Under the pieces are notes generated by a model. That model did not search any database. It was not told the origin of the DNA and saw only the letters and a program-made list of their open reading frames with translations. Shown in pieces: positions 10,063 through 20,329 of a stretch of DNA of 64,000 nucleotides. The stretch's first letter is position 1, and every line of letters begins with the position of its first letter. The DNA comes from an uncultured Methanoregulaceae archaeon. GTDB taxonomy: Archaea > Halobacteriota > Methanomicrobia > Methanomicrobiales > Methanospirillaceae. Location of the stretch: NCBI GenBank assembly GCA_963717525.1, contig OY970343.1:960001-1024000 (forward strand). The letters run 5' to 3'. The position numbers were made by a program, and so were the translations under genes.

Positions 10063-12126
10063 TTACAGCAGGCCCGGCGCTTTGACGCGGAACATCTGCC
10101 ACAGCACGCGTCCCATCACTCGGTAGGTGAAATCGAGCTCGTCGAAACTGGGGATGCCCTGTTCCTTGAGCATCTCGCGGCCGACGTTCATCGAGTCGCC
10201 GCCAAGGAGCGTTGCGATCAGCCGGTTCTCGGTCCTCTCAGAGAACCTGAGGATCTGTCTTGCCAGCTGTTCTGACGTGAGAACAAGGTTCGGGAAGCCG
10301 ATAATAAAGGCCATGTCCCAGAGATCGCCGTGCTTTGCGAGCACCTCAAAGGTCTTTTCAAAGCGTTTCTCGGGGGCGTCGCCCAGCAGGTCGATAGGGT
10401 TGCCCTTGTTCCAGAAGTCAGGGAGGAATTCGTTGAGCTCTTCAATGAGCTCCACCGGGAGATCGATGAGCTCAATACCGTACCGCTCCGCGTAATCCGA
10501 GGAGAGCACCGCAAACCCGCCGGCATTGGTGATGACGACCGCACGTTTCCCCTTGGGGTACCGTTTCGGGTGGGCGAGCACCTGTGCTGCAAGGAACGCA
10601 CCGGTCAGCGTGTGGACGGCGATGACCCCTGATTTGCGGAACGCTTCCATGTAGACCTCGTACGAGCCGGAGAGCGACCCGGTATGGGAGGAGGCGGCTG
10701 CCTGGCCCCTCCGGGAGGAACCGGATTTGATCGCAATGACCGGCTTGGACTTTGCCACCTCGGTGACTACATCCATGAAGGCCTTGCCGTCCGTGATCTG
10801 CTCGATGTACATGATGATGGCCTTGGTCTTGGGATCCTTTTCCACGTACCGGAGGTAGTCGAGGAAATCGAGGTCGCTCTGGTTGCCGACCGAGATGACA
10901 TTGGAGAACCCGATGTTTTTTGCGAGGCTCCAGTCCACGACCGTGTTGATGATTGCCCCGCTCTGCGAGATGAAGGCGATGTTGCCGGGTTTTGGCGACT
11001 GGTGGACGTACGTGGTATCGATGCCCCGGGGCGGGACTATTATTCCAAGGCAGTTTGGCCCGATGATCCGCGTGCCGTGGCCTTTTGCGATCGCCACGAC
11101 CCGCTCCTCAAGGGCTTTGCCCTCATGACCCATTTCCTTGAACCCGGCGGTGATGATAATGACCAGCGGGACACCTTTTGCCCCGCATTCCTCCACGACA
11201 GCCGGTACATGGATGGCAGGGACGGTGATGACCGCGAGATCGACCGGTGCCGGGATCGCGGTGATGGTGGGGTAGGCCTTGAGCCCCTGGATCTCCGCAC
11301 GTTTATTGTTGACCGGGTACAGCTGACCCGGGAAATGCAGGAGGTTGTGCATGACTGCATACCCCATCTTGGACGAATCCTGGGATGCACCGATGACCGC
11401 GATCGAACGCGGGGTGAAATATTCTATCGGGACAGGGATGCGTTCTTTGTGTTCCACTTTATCCACGGCATCCGAGACGATGACCCGGGCATCCACCGCA
11501 CAGGCACCGGACTCGTACAACCGGAGCGGGTTGATATCGAACTCCACGATATTCTCGTTCCCGGTAAAGAAACGGCTGACATTGGCAATGATCCTTACGA
11601 GCGCCTCCTCATCGCGGGGCCTGGCTCCCCGGTACCCGGCAATGAGCGGGTACGCGTTGATCTCGCGGACCATCTGCCGGATCTCATCCCCGGTCACCGG
11701 CAGGATACGCAGCGTCACGTCCTTCATGAGCTCGACCATCGTGCCACCCATACCGAACGTGATCACCTTGCCAAAGGCCGGGTCGGTCCTTCCGCCGATG
11801 ATCAGTTCAAGGCCGGGTTCTGCCTGCTGCTCGACCATGACACCGTCGATCTGCGCCTCACCATTGTAGGCCTTCGCGTTGTCGATGATCCGGGTAAAAG
11901 CGCCCAGAGCTGCTTTCCTGCTCCCGATACCAACCATCACACCGCCTGCATCGCTCTTGTGGACGATCTGCGGGGAGATGATCTTCATCACCACCGGGCA
12001 TCCCATCTTCTCGGCCGCGAACGCTGCATCCTCGCCGTTCTTGACGATCTGGTACTCCGGGACCGGGATCTCGTATTTCCGCAAAATGTCATATCCTTCA
12101 GCTTCAGAGAGCATCTTTTGGGTCAC
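10063..12126 (-). CDS. acd: Acetate/acyl-CoA ligase (ADP-forming), beta-alpha fusion
   Basis: N-terminal ATP-grasp (HKSDAGGV, DINP), CoA-binding IGAS, GPNCLG, SQSG, SHTG phospho-His, TNAGG, NPIDLLG; GTG start after GAGGTG RBS. Confidence 0.9.
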   Translation of the reverse strand: MTQKMLSEAEGYDILRKYEIPVPEYQIVKNGEDAAFAAEKMGCPVVMKIISPQIVHKSDAGGVMVGIGSRKAALGAFTRIIDNAKAYNGEAQIDGVMVEQQAEPGLELIIGGRTDPAFGKVITFGMGGTMVELMKDVTLRILPVTGDEIRQMVREINAYPLIAGYRGARPRDEEALVRIIANVSRFFTGNENIVEFDINPLRLYESGACAVDARVIVSDAVDKVEHKERIPVPIEYFTPRSIAVIGASQDSSKMGYAVMHNLLHFPGQLYPVNNKRAEIQGLKAYPTITAIPAPVDLAVITVPAIHVPAVVEECGAKGVPLVIIITAGFKEMGHEGKALEERVVAIAKGHGTRIIGPNCLGIIVPPRGIDTTYVHQSPKPGNIAFISQSGAIINTVVDWSLAKNIGFSNVISVGNQSDLDFLDYLRYVEKDPKTKAIIMYIEQITDGKAFMDVVTEVAKSKPVIAIKSGSSRRGQAAASSHTGSLSGSYEVYMEAFRKSGVIAVHTLTGAFLAAQVLAHPKRYPKGKRAVVITNAGGFAVLSSDYAERYGIELIDLPVELIEELNEFLPDFWNKGNPIDLLGDAPEKRFEKTFEVLAKHGDLWDMAFIIGFPNLVLTSEQLARQILRFSERTENRLIATLLGGDSMNVGREMLKEQGIPSFDELDFTYRVMGRVLWQMFRVKAPGLL

Positions 12127-12403
12127 AACGTTCACCTCGAATCATGGGTCAGGGGATCTGTGCATAATCCAGAATCCCCGGATAATTTCCGGCATGCAGG
12201 AAAAAGGTCCCTGCAAGGACGCAGTGCACACCCGGATTATATGATGTGATAAGAAATTTGGCGAGTCCTCATTTAAATGTGCTGAATTGTAAGCAATGCG
12301 CGATATAGGGTAAACGGACTATTATTTGAACGATTTTTCTTATTCTGACCGTAAAGATTAACTTTGATTCATCATTATTGATAATGTAGATTAGAGGAAC
12401 ATT

Positions 12404-14300
12404 ATGGACAAGAGCGCAGATGCCGGCAAAAAAACCGGATATTACACGCCTGACCCTTCCTACCGCGTGCACAGCTGGATGGGGGATTACACCTGGACCT
12501 ACAACGAGTTTGTCAAGGACCCGGACAAATTCTGGGACCATATCGCCAAGAAACTCCACTGGTTCTCCCCCTATGATAAAGTGAGCGAGTGGAACTACCC
12601 GTACGCAAAATGGTTCGTCAACGGCAAGACCAACATCACGTACAACTGCCTCGACCGGCACGTGCTGGGCGACCGGCGCAACAAGGTGGCACTGATCTGG
12701 AAGGGCGAAAACCCCGACGAGGAGCGGGTCTACACCTACCGGCAGCTGTACCGCGAAGTCCAGAAATTTGCAAACGGCTTAAAAAAACTGGGCGTGGCAA
12801 AAGGGGACCGTGTCTGCATCTACATGCCGGTCATTCCCGAACAGGTGATTGCCATGCTCGCCTGCACCCGGATCGGGGCGATCCATTCCGTGGTATTCGG
12901 GGGGTATGGCGCAGCTGCCCTCAACCAGCGGATAGTGGGCGCGGGTGCGAAGATCGTCATCACGGCGGATATGGCGATCCGGCGGGGCAAGGCGATCCAG
13001 CTCAAGCACGTGATAGAAGAGGCCGTTATCGACGCTCCTACCGTTGAACACATCATCATCCTGCGTCGGGAGCAGCGCACCCCCGTCGAACTCCACAGCG
13101 AGATGGAGATCGATTTCTACGAGGCGATGGCTGATGTGGATTCCGACTGCCCGGCCGAGGTCATGGATGCAGAAGACCCGCTCTTTATCCTGTACACGAG
13201 CGGCACCACCGGTGCTCCCAAGGGGATTGTCCATACTTGCGGGGGATACATGGTCGGGGTATACTATACGACCAAGTATATCTTCGACATCAAGGAGCAC
13301 GATGTGTACTGGTGCACCGCAGACCCCGGCTGGATCACCGGGCACTCCTATGTGGTCTACGGCCCGCTCTCGGTAGGTGCTACCATCCTTATTGCCGAAA
13401 ACACTCCCGATTACCCGGACCCGGGCGTCTGGTGGAAGATCGTCGAGGAATATGGCGTCAATATCCTCTATACTGCGCCAACCGCGATCCGGATGTTCAT
13501 GAAACTGGGCAGCGAGTGGCCCGACAAGTACAACCTCGACTCCCTGCGCGTGCTCGGGTCGGTTGGCGAACCGCTCAACGCCGAGGCATTCGAGTGGTTC
13601 TACCATGTGATCGGGAAGGACCGGTGCCCTATCGTGGATACCTGGTGGCAGACCGAGACCGGTATGCACATGGTGACTACGGTGCTGGGCGAACCCATGC
13701 GGCCGGGATACGTGGGGAAGTCTATCCCCGGCATTGTTGCGGATGTCGTGGACAAGGATGGGAAGAGCGTCGAACCGGGAAAGAGAGGATTTCTGGTGAT
13801 CCGGCAGCCGTGGCCGGCGATGATGCGGACGATCTGGAACAACGACGAACGGTACCGCAGAGTACTGGGAGACGATTCCGGGATGCTACCAGGTGGGGGA
13901 TCTCGCTATAAAGGGTGAAGACGGGTACATCATGGTGATCGGGAGGTCCGACGACCTTATTATTGTCTCCGGCCACAACATCGGTACTGCCGAGGTAGAG
14001 AGTGCGCTGGTCTCCCACAAGGCAGTCGCAGAAGCGGCCGTGATCGGGAAGCCCGATCCCCTTAAAGGGAACACGATCAAGGCTTTTGTCACGCTCCGTG
14101 TCGGCCATACCCCGAGCGATAAACTCAAGAACGAGCTGATTTACCATGTCCGGATCACGCTTGGCCCGATTGCCATGCCATCGGAGATCGAATTTACGGA
14201 CTCTCTCCCCAAGACCCGGAGCGGCAAGATCGTCCGGCGCATTCTCAAGGCAAAAGAGATGGGCATGGACCCTGGCGACATTTCCACGCTCGACGAATGA
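12404..14300 (+). CDS. acs: Acetyl-CoA synthetase (AMP-forming), +1 frameshift at ~13859
   Basis: [25 protein letters not shown]; second frame has GRSDD and [12 protein letters not shown]. Confidence 0.93.
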
Positions 14301-14455
14301 TAGGAGCCATGTCTCCACAGCCGCCATTTTTTTGTCCGGGTGAGTGCCCGGGCCTGCACCTGTTCCCGGACGATAAAAAACCGGTGGGCCCGGTGTTTCC
14401 GCTCCCGGCACCCGCTCCCCTGTGAACCCGATGCCTTTTTATACAGTGCTCCCCT

Positions 14456-14477
14456 TTCTTTATATGCTTTATATACG
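14456..14477 (+). promoter_or_regulatory. Candidate TATA boxes upstream of tbp
   Basis: Two TTTATAT elements 70-90 bp upstream of the ATG. Confidence 0.45.
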
Positions 14478-14544
14478 GGGATGATGGTAAAGCGATCTCC
14501 CCGGCCTTAAAAAAAACACGGGACATGCAAAAGGTGATGATACC

Positions 14545-15105
14545 ATGAAGGCCAATCCAGAGGACTCATTGAAAATAGAAAATATCGTTGCATCCGCAAA
14601 GGTGACCGATTACCTCGACCTGCCGGCACTCGCCTCGAAGATCAAGGACGCAGAGTACAACAAGAAGAGGTTCCCCGGGGTCGTCCTGCGTATGCAGAAC
14701 CCGAAGATCGCTGCGCTTGTCTTTGGCTCGGGAAAGGTGGTCCTGACCGGTGCAAAGAGCGTCGACAGCCTTTCAAAGGGGCTCACCATCCTTGGAAACC
14801 AGCTCCGCAGCCTCGGTATCGATATACCGAAAAAACTCACCTACAAGATCCAGAACATCGTTACCTCGGCTGATCTCGCGACTGCGATCAACCTCAATAA
14901 GATCGCGGTAGGGTTCAATCTCGACCGGATCGAGTACGAGCCCGAACAGTTCCCGGGCCTTGTGTACCGGCTTGAGAACCCCAAGGTCGTGGTTCTTCTC
15001 TTCGGCTCGGGAAAACTGATCATTACCGGCGGCAAGGAACCCGAAGACGCAAAGAAGGCCGTTGTCAAGATCCTTGCCGATCTGCGCAGCCTCGGCCTGA
15101 TGTAA
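14545..15105 (+). CDS. tbp: TATA-box binding protein
   Basis: Two repeats: NIVAS...FPG...VFGSGKVVLTG and NIVTS...YEPEQFPGL...FGSGKLIITG. Confidence 0.97.
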   Translation: MKANPEDSLKIENIVASAKVTDYLDLPALASKIKDAEYNKKRFPGVVLRMQNPKIAALVFGSGKVVLTGAKSVDSLSKGLTILGNQLRSLGIDIPKKLTYKIQNIVTSADLATAINLNKIAVGFNLDRIEYEPEQFPGLVYRLENPKVVVLLFGSGKLIITGGKEPEDAKKAVVKILADLRSLGLM

Positions 15106-15307
15106 TTTTTATCCCTGATGCCTGCAGGAACGCAGATCAGATCGATCAAAGAATAACCATTTTCAGACTGTGTGCCAATAATTACCAGCAGGCAAAGTAT
15201 TACTATATATAAAATCTATGTTTATTGATTGCCAATAACAGCTGATATATATCATTGTAAAGATAAATTAAAGTGAAAGAAAGAGCATAAATTATGGAGG
15301 ATGATGC

Positions 15308-15682
15308 ATGAGAACCGAAAATGTGATGTATTTCACGGAGAAGGAAGAAGAATTTGCAAACCTTCTCATTGAGATCGGGACAAAGAAGAACGTCGCGAAG
15401 GTTCTGGTATTTCTGGCCAACATTCCCGAAGCCACTTCCCGTGCGATCGAACGCGGAACCGATCTTCGCCAGCCAGAAGTAAGTATCGCCATGCGCTACC
15501 TGATGGACCAGGGCTGGATCACCAGCCGCGAGAGCAAGGCCGAGAGTAAGGGACGCCCGGTCAAGATCTACGAACTGTCAAAGCCCATCACGGATATCAT
15601 GGATAGTATCGAGAAAGAGAAGAAGAAAGAAGCGACCAACCAGCTCGCGATGATACAGAAATTACGGGACTACATCGGCTGA
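15308..15682 (+). CDS. Winged-HTH transcriptional regulator of methanogens
   Basis: SRAIERGTDLRQPEVSIAM helix-turn-helix and KGRPVKIY wing. Confidence 0.85.
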   Translation: MRTENVMYFTEKEEEFANLLIEIGTKKNVAKVLVFLANIPEATSRAIERGTDLRQPEVSIAMRYLMDQGWITSRESKAESKGRPVKIYELSKPITDIMDSIEKEKKKEATNQLAMIQKLRDYIG

Positions 15683-15684
15683 TG

Positions 15685-16377
15685 TCAGGTACCCGAACAC
15701 TTTTTTTCCTTGCCGATAATCACGGTCGTGTTTTTCTGGAACCGGGTGAAGAGCCCGCTCTCGATGACGCCGGGGATTGCCGCGATTGCTGCCTCAAGTG
15801 CCTCAGGGTCCGCGATCTCTTCGAACTGACAGTCGAGGATAAAATTCCCGTTGTCCGTGATGACCGGTCCGTCCTTTTTTACCGCTTCGCGGATGAAAGG
15901 CCGGCAGCCCAGGCCACGCAGCTGTGCCATCGCGGTCTTCGTGGCAAAGGGGAGCGTCTCGACCGGCACGATACCCGTGAGCCTCGGGACCATCTTTGCC
16001 TCATCAACGACCACGATGAACCGGAAGGCGGCGGCCGCAACACACTTTTCCCGGGTGAGCGCTGCGCCACGTCCCTTGATCATCCTGAACTGCGGGTCGA
16101 CCTGATCGGCACCGTCAATGGCGAGATCGAGCACCGGGTTATCGTCCAGCGTGGTTAAGGGGATCCCGTATTCCCGTGCCCTCATGGCGGTCTGGTACGA
16201 GGTCGGGACGCCCGCGACCGAAATGCCGTCCCGGATCCGGCCCGAGAGGCTTTCGATGGTATAAAAAACCGAAGACCCGGTCCCAAGGCCGATCACCATG
16301 CCGTCCTCCACCATTTCCGCGGCCTGGTATCCTGCCGCCCGTTTTGCTGCGGCGACTGTATCTGTTGTTCCAGCCAT
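15685..16377 (-). CDS. rpiA: Ribose-5-phosphate isomerase A
   Basis: IGLGTGS, DGADQVD, IKGRGAALTREK, TDNGNFILD. Confidence 0.95.
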   Translation of the reverse strand: MAGTTDTVAAAKRAAGYQAAEMVEDGMVIGLGTGSSVFYTIESLSGRIRDGISVAGVPTSYQTAMRAREYGIPLTTLDDNPVLDLAIDGADQVDPQFRMIKGRGAALTREKCVAAAAFRFIVVVDEAKMVPRLTGIVPVETLPFATKTAMAQLRGLGCRPFIREAVKKDGPVITDNGNFILDCQFEEIADPEALEAAIAAIPGVIESGLFTRFQKNTTVIIGKEKKCSGT

Positions 16378-16490
16378 ACTTGATGATAGGGTTCGGTGCC
16401 GGGATAATTAAAACTGGTGAAGGATAAAGTTAGGAGAAATGGGAAGGATCCAAATCCCACTCGCTTATAGAGAAATCATTTTTTGAAATA

Positions 16491-16656
16491 ACGATGCCAT
16501 CCCGTCTCAGGGCCCCTCGCGGAGCACGGCGGGGCAAGGATGTTTCTCTCTATTAATTCCCGACCGGGTTTCTGATGCCCAGATACAGATCCCAGTTTAA
16601 AAGAAGGACTCGGTCACTCGCCCACCGCGGGGGCGCCCCGTCGGGGGCGGCGGGAG
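16491..16656. repeat. Paired-hairpin dispersed repeat, copy 3
   Basis: Left arm 16491-16535 and right arm 16620-16656 near-identical to 23624-23782, with an unrelated spacer. Confidence 0.85.
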
Positions 16657-16755
16657 CCATCGTACCTCCGGGACAATATTTGAACACCCATAACTGGAAA
16701 GAGAGTAAATCAGCAGCTGCCCGGATTTTCAACAAAAAATATGCAGAGACTATAT

Positions 16756-17538
16756 TCAGCCAAGAAAGATCTTCCTCATCTCTTCATCCGCTGCATGGGC
16801 CGTGCAGTCCAGCGTGATAGGGGTGATTGAGACGTTGCCCTTCCTGACCGCGTGTACGTCCGTACCTTCCTCCGCATCCTCAAGAAGCGGGCCGTTGATC
16901 CAGAAATACGGCCGGCCCCGTGGGTCGAGCCGTTTTTCAACGCCGGTGTGGAAGAGTTTTCTCGCAAGACGGGTTACCTCGTAGCCCCTGCTGGCCTTTG
17001 AGGGGATGTTCACGTTGATCACGTCGGCGCCCGGGCAGAATCCCGATGCGAGTACACGGCCGACCACATCCCGGACCACCTTCTTTGCCGCATCAAAACT
17101 CTGCGCTGACTGGCCAGCGTCGTCGAACTTGTCACCTTGGTCCTCTACCTGCAGGGAGAAGGCGAGCGCCTTGGTCCCCTGGTTTGATGCCTCGAGTGCT
17201 GCTCCCACCGTGCCAGAGGTCATGATCGATTCGTACGAGAGGTTCTCGCCAATGTTGATCCCGCTTACCACGAGCGCCGGGGCAAGTTTCAGCGCGTACA
17301 GCCCGATGATCACCGCATCGGTGGGCTTCCCCGCGACCGCCCACGCGTTAATACCGTTGATCTTGATCTTGTTCGCCCGGATGGGTTCGAAGATTGAGAT
17401 TGAACGGCCGACCGCGCTCTGCTGGGTCGCCGGCGCGACGACAGTCACATCCGCGATGGGGGCGAGCGCCTCGTAGGCCGCCCAGATGCCAAGGGAGTTC
17501 ACGCCGTCATCGTTGGTGAGCAGGATCGCGGGTTTCAT
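16756..17538 (-). CDS. surE: 5'/3'-nucleotidase SurE
   Basis: ILLTNDDG, VVAPATQQS, GKPTD, SGINIGEN, SGTVGAA. Confidence 0.95.
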   Translation of the reverse strand: MKPAILLTNDDGVNSLGIWAAYEALAPIADVTVVAPATQQSAVGRSISIFEPIRANKIKINGINAWAVAGKPTDAVIIGLYALKLAPALVVSGINIGENLSYESIMTSGTVGAALEASNQGTKALAFSLQVEDQGDKFDDAGQSAQSFDAAKKVVRDVVGRVLASGFCPGADVINVNIPSKASRGYEVTRLARKLFHTGVEKRLDPRGRPYFWINGPLLEDAEEGTDVHAVRKGNVSITPITLDCTAHAADEEMRKIFLG

Positions 17539-17653
17539 AAGTAACGGGTACATCTTGCACCCCCTGCCAAATAACTTCACTGATCCAGTGTGGTCCGGGG
17601 TTTGCGCAGGAACGGATAGGGTAATTTCCTGCAAGGATGCAATAGTACCTGCG

Positions 17654-18541
17654 ATGAAAGTCCTGCTTGCCGAGTACGCTGCCGCCCGCGACCCTGCCCT
17701 TGCCCCCGAGGGGGCGGCAATGCTTGATGTCCTTGTACAGAGTTTTACCCGGTGCGGGTACGAGGTTGTACTCGCCGGCCCCGGGGATTTTTACGATGAG
17801 ATAGTAAGGCTCTCCCCCATGTGCGATATGGGCCTGGTGATCGCACCCGATCACCTGCTCGCGAAATTTACCCTCCCGGTCGAACAGTATTCACACAACC
17901 TCGGCTGCGGCAGCATGAACGCCGCGCTCTGTGCGAACAAGGTAACCACCGGCAGGATCCTGAAAAATCACGGAATACCGGTGCCGGCCGATGCCCCCAC
18001 CGGCAGACATGTGGTAAAACCCGTGTCAGGCTGCGGTGCACAGGGAGTCCGGCTTACCACGGATGCTCCCGGGCAGGGAGAATTTGCAGAAGCGTATATC
18101 GAAGGCGACCACTACTCGGTCAGTCTCGTTATGAGCCGGGTAGTGGGCGAGGCATGCCTGTACTTCTCCGGCAACCCCCCGCTCGTCCTTTCCATTAACC
18201 GGCAGGCGATGATTCTCAACCCTGACGGTACGTTCACGTACTCCGGTGGGGAAACACCGGTCCATCCATCCCGTGCACAGGAAATTATCGATACTGCAGT
18301 CAAAGCCGTGACCGTGCTTGGCTGCCAGGGGTACTGCGGCGTTGATGTTGTTGTTGCCGACAAGGTCTATGTCGTGGATGTCAATCCGAGGATCACCACA
18401 AGCCTCGTCGGTATTGCTGCATGCATGGAAGAGGAGATCGCCACACTGCTGGTCAGCGCCTCGCAGGGCAATGCACCCGGAAAGGTGCACTTCAACGGCA
18501 GCGTCCGGTTCGATGCGCGCGGGACGGTCACCCCGGTATGA
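17654..18541 (+). CDS. mfnD: ATP-grasp protein, likely tyramine-L-glutamate ligase (methanofuran biosynthesis)
   Basis: EGAAML, IAPD, VVKPVSGCG, GYCGVD, DVNPRITTS; adjacent to the mfnF-like gene. Confidence 0.75.
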   Translation: MKVLLAEYAAARDPALAPEGAAMLDVLVQSFTRCGYEVVLAGPGDFYDEIVRLSPMCDMGLVIAPDHLLAKFTLPVEQYSHNLGCGSMNAALCANKVTTGRILKNHGIPVPADAPTGRHVVKPVSGCGAQGVRLTTDAPGQGEFAEAYIEGDHYSVSLVMSRVVGEACLYFSGNPPLVLSINRQAMILNPDGTFTYSGGETPVHPSRAQEIIDTAVKAVTVLGCQGYCGVDVVVADKVYVVDVNPRITTSLVGIAACMEEEIATLLVSASQGNAPGKVHFNGSVRFDARGTVTPV

Positions 18542-19473
18542 TCGGTATTGATGTGGGGGGGGCAAACCTCAAGTTGGCAGACGATCACGGCGTCCATATC
18601 CACTACTGCCCGCTCTGGTCCGGCGCCCCGCTCACGGACCTGCTTCGCCCGTACGCGAGCAGCGGGGATACGTCTGCCGCGGTCGTGATGAGCGGCGAGC
18701 TCGCCGATTGTTTCGAAAACAAGCTGCAGGGAATTGAATTCATTGTCCGTGCAGTACGTGAGGTCTTCCCGGCCGCCCGGTTCTACGGCACCGATGCTGC
18801 GTTCCACGACGACCCGGTGCCGGCGCTTGCTGCCGCAAACTGGCTTGCCTCCGCAGATTATATGCGGGAGAAGTACCCGGACGCAGTGCTGCTCGATGTC
18901 GGGAGCACGACAGCTGACATCATCCCGCTCTCGCGTTTCCCCGCGCTCCCTGGTCTCACTGATCTCCTGAGGTTACAGAAAGGTTATCTTGTGTATACCG
19001 GAATGCTTCGGACACCGGTGGCAACGCTCCTTTCCTCCGTGGATCTTTGGGGGATCGAAACTCCTGTAAGCACGGAATATTTTGCCACAAGTGCCGATGC
19101 CCACCTTGCGCTCGGCCATATCGGCCCGGAAGGATATACCTGCGACACGCCGGACCGGAAGGAGAAGACCCTTGAAGCATCATTGCGCCGGCTCGCACGG
19201 GTAGTCTGCGCAGATCTCGAGGAGATCGGTGAAGCTGGCGCCCTGCATGTCGCAGAGGCATTCTGGGACCGCCAGCGGGAGATTGTCTGCGGTGCCGTGC
19301 GCCGGGTAAAAGAAGAGACCGGATCTTCACATGTTATCGTGGCCGGCATGGGCGCAGCGCTCTTTGCCCGCGAATGCGGGGGAACAGACCTTACAAAGGC
19401 TCTCGGGCCGGTGGCAGATGCGCTGCCTGCCTACGCTATCCGGGAGGTAGCATTACGGACGCGTGGAAACTGA
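18538..19473 (+). CDS. mfnF: Hydantoinase A-family protein, likely MfnF (methanofuran biosynthesis)
   Basis: GIDVGGANLK, MSGELADCF, AAANW, DVGSTTADI, YTGMLRT. Confidence 0.8.
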   Translation: MIGIDVGGANLKLADDHGVHIHYCPLWSGAPLTDLLRPYASSGDTSAAVVMSGELADCFENKLQGIEFIVRAVREVFPAARFYGTDAAFHDDPVPALAAANWLASADYMREKYPDAVLLDVGSTTADIIPLSRFPALPGLTDLLRLQKGYLVYTGMLRTPVATLLSSVDLWGIETPVSTEYFATSADAHLALGHIGPEGYTCDTPDRKEKTLEASLRRLARVVCADLEEIGEAGALHVAEAFWDRQREIVCGAVRRVKEETGSSHVIVAGMGAALFARECGGTDLTKALGPVADALPAYAIREVALRTRGN

Positions 19474-19694
19474 GTCTTCTCCTCCTCGGCGGTTCGCTCT
19501 GCATCACCGCTGTACTCTGGAGCCTACACATTCCGTTCTTTTTCCTCTTTCTCTGCATCCCGCTCTTTCCCTTCTTCGGGAAGCGGCCGGTGAAGAGGTG
19601 CCCTGCCTGCGGATGGGAAACCACAGGCAGCGAGAACTTCTGTCCCGCTGACGGTACCCCGCTCTCCAGCCTTGGCGGCGAGAGTGGAAAGTGA
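19452..19694 (+). CDS. Small membrane protein with C-terminal double-CxxC-like ribbon; start uncertain
   Basis: Two hydrophobic segments then RCPACGW...FCPADG; GGAGG precedes an in-frame ATT at 19452. Confidence 0.45.
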   Translation: MTDAWKLSLLLLGGSLCITAVLWSLHIPFFFLFLCIPLFPFFGKRPVKRCPACGWETTGSENFCPADGTPLSSLGGESGK

Positions 19695-20147
19695 GATTAA
19701 CGAGAGCGGGATGCTGACACCAAAGAGCGCGGTTGCGGGGATTGGCCGGGCAAGCGTGCGCACGTACTGCCGGGAGCTGGTCCGGTCCACGAGGATGTCC
19801 ATCGCGTCCAGCCATGCGGCTGTCCTGTTGTCCGGCATCATGGTTGCAAGGGTCAGGCAGAGATCGATGACCGGTGAGCCGATCCGGGTGCCCGGGTAGA
19901 ACGGCTCATCCGCATTAACGATACGGCCACAGGCCCGGCAGGAAAACCGTTTCACCGTGACGCGGAGGGTGCGCTCACGGTCGTTTTCCCGGATGACGGC
20001 GAACACTTTTCTCCTTGTGTCGTAACCCGACACCGGTCCCCCGCAGAAAGGGCAGGTCGCCCGCTCGCCAAAGGTGACGCTGTCGACTGCCACGAGCCCT
20101 GCCTGGACAATTGTGGCAAGCATCGGCGGGATGCGGGGAGCCTTCAT
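19524..20147 (-). CDS. Hypothetical Zn-finger protein
   Basis: CPFCG...VKRFSCRACG, resembling the N-terminus of some transposases but with no DDE domain. Confidence 0.7.
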   Translation of the reverse strand: MKAPRIPPMLATIVQAGLVAVDSVTFGERATCPFCGGPVSGYDTRRKVFAVIRENDRERTLRVTVKRFSCRACGRIVNADEPFYPGTRIGSPVIDLCLTLATMMPDNRTAAWLDAMDILVDRTSSRQYVRTLARPIPATALFGVSIPLSLISLSTLAAKAGERGTVSGTEVLAACGFPSAGRAPLHRPLPEEGKERDAEKEEKERNV

Positions 20148-20329
20148 CCGGGCACACCCTCCAATTCGAAGTGAAAATAAACGAAGTCGGGACCGGTACT
20201 GCCTTGATGCGACACGCTCTTCCGGTCCGGACTCACTGCCCTGAACCCACTAATAATCATCATTTTTTCATTAGATTTGATCACGCTTAAATATATTCAG
20301 GACAGACCCTGATCGTTCGAGGTTAGAAC

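Noticed and set aside
10684..12249. 521-aa + strand ORF and similar long antisense ORFs (e.g. 33894-35147, 4954-5886, 32504-33481)
   Set aside because: Shadow frames of GC-rich genes on the opposite strand, with no recognisable motifs
19524..20147. Transposase
   Set aside because: Only a Zn-finger-like N-terminal resemblance; no DDE domain or terminal repeats
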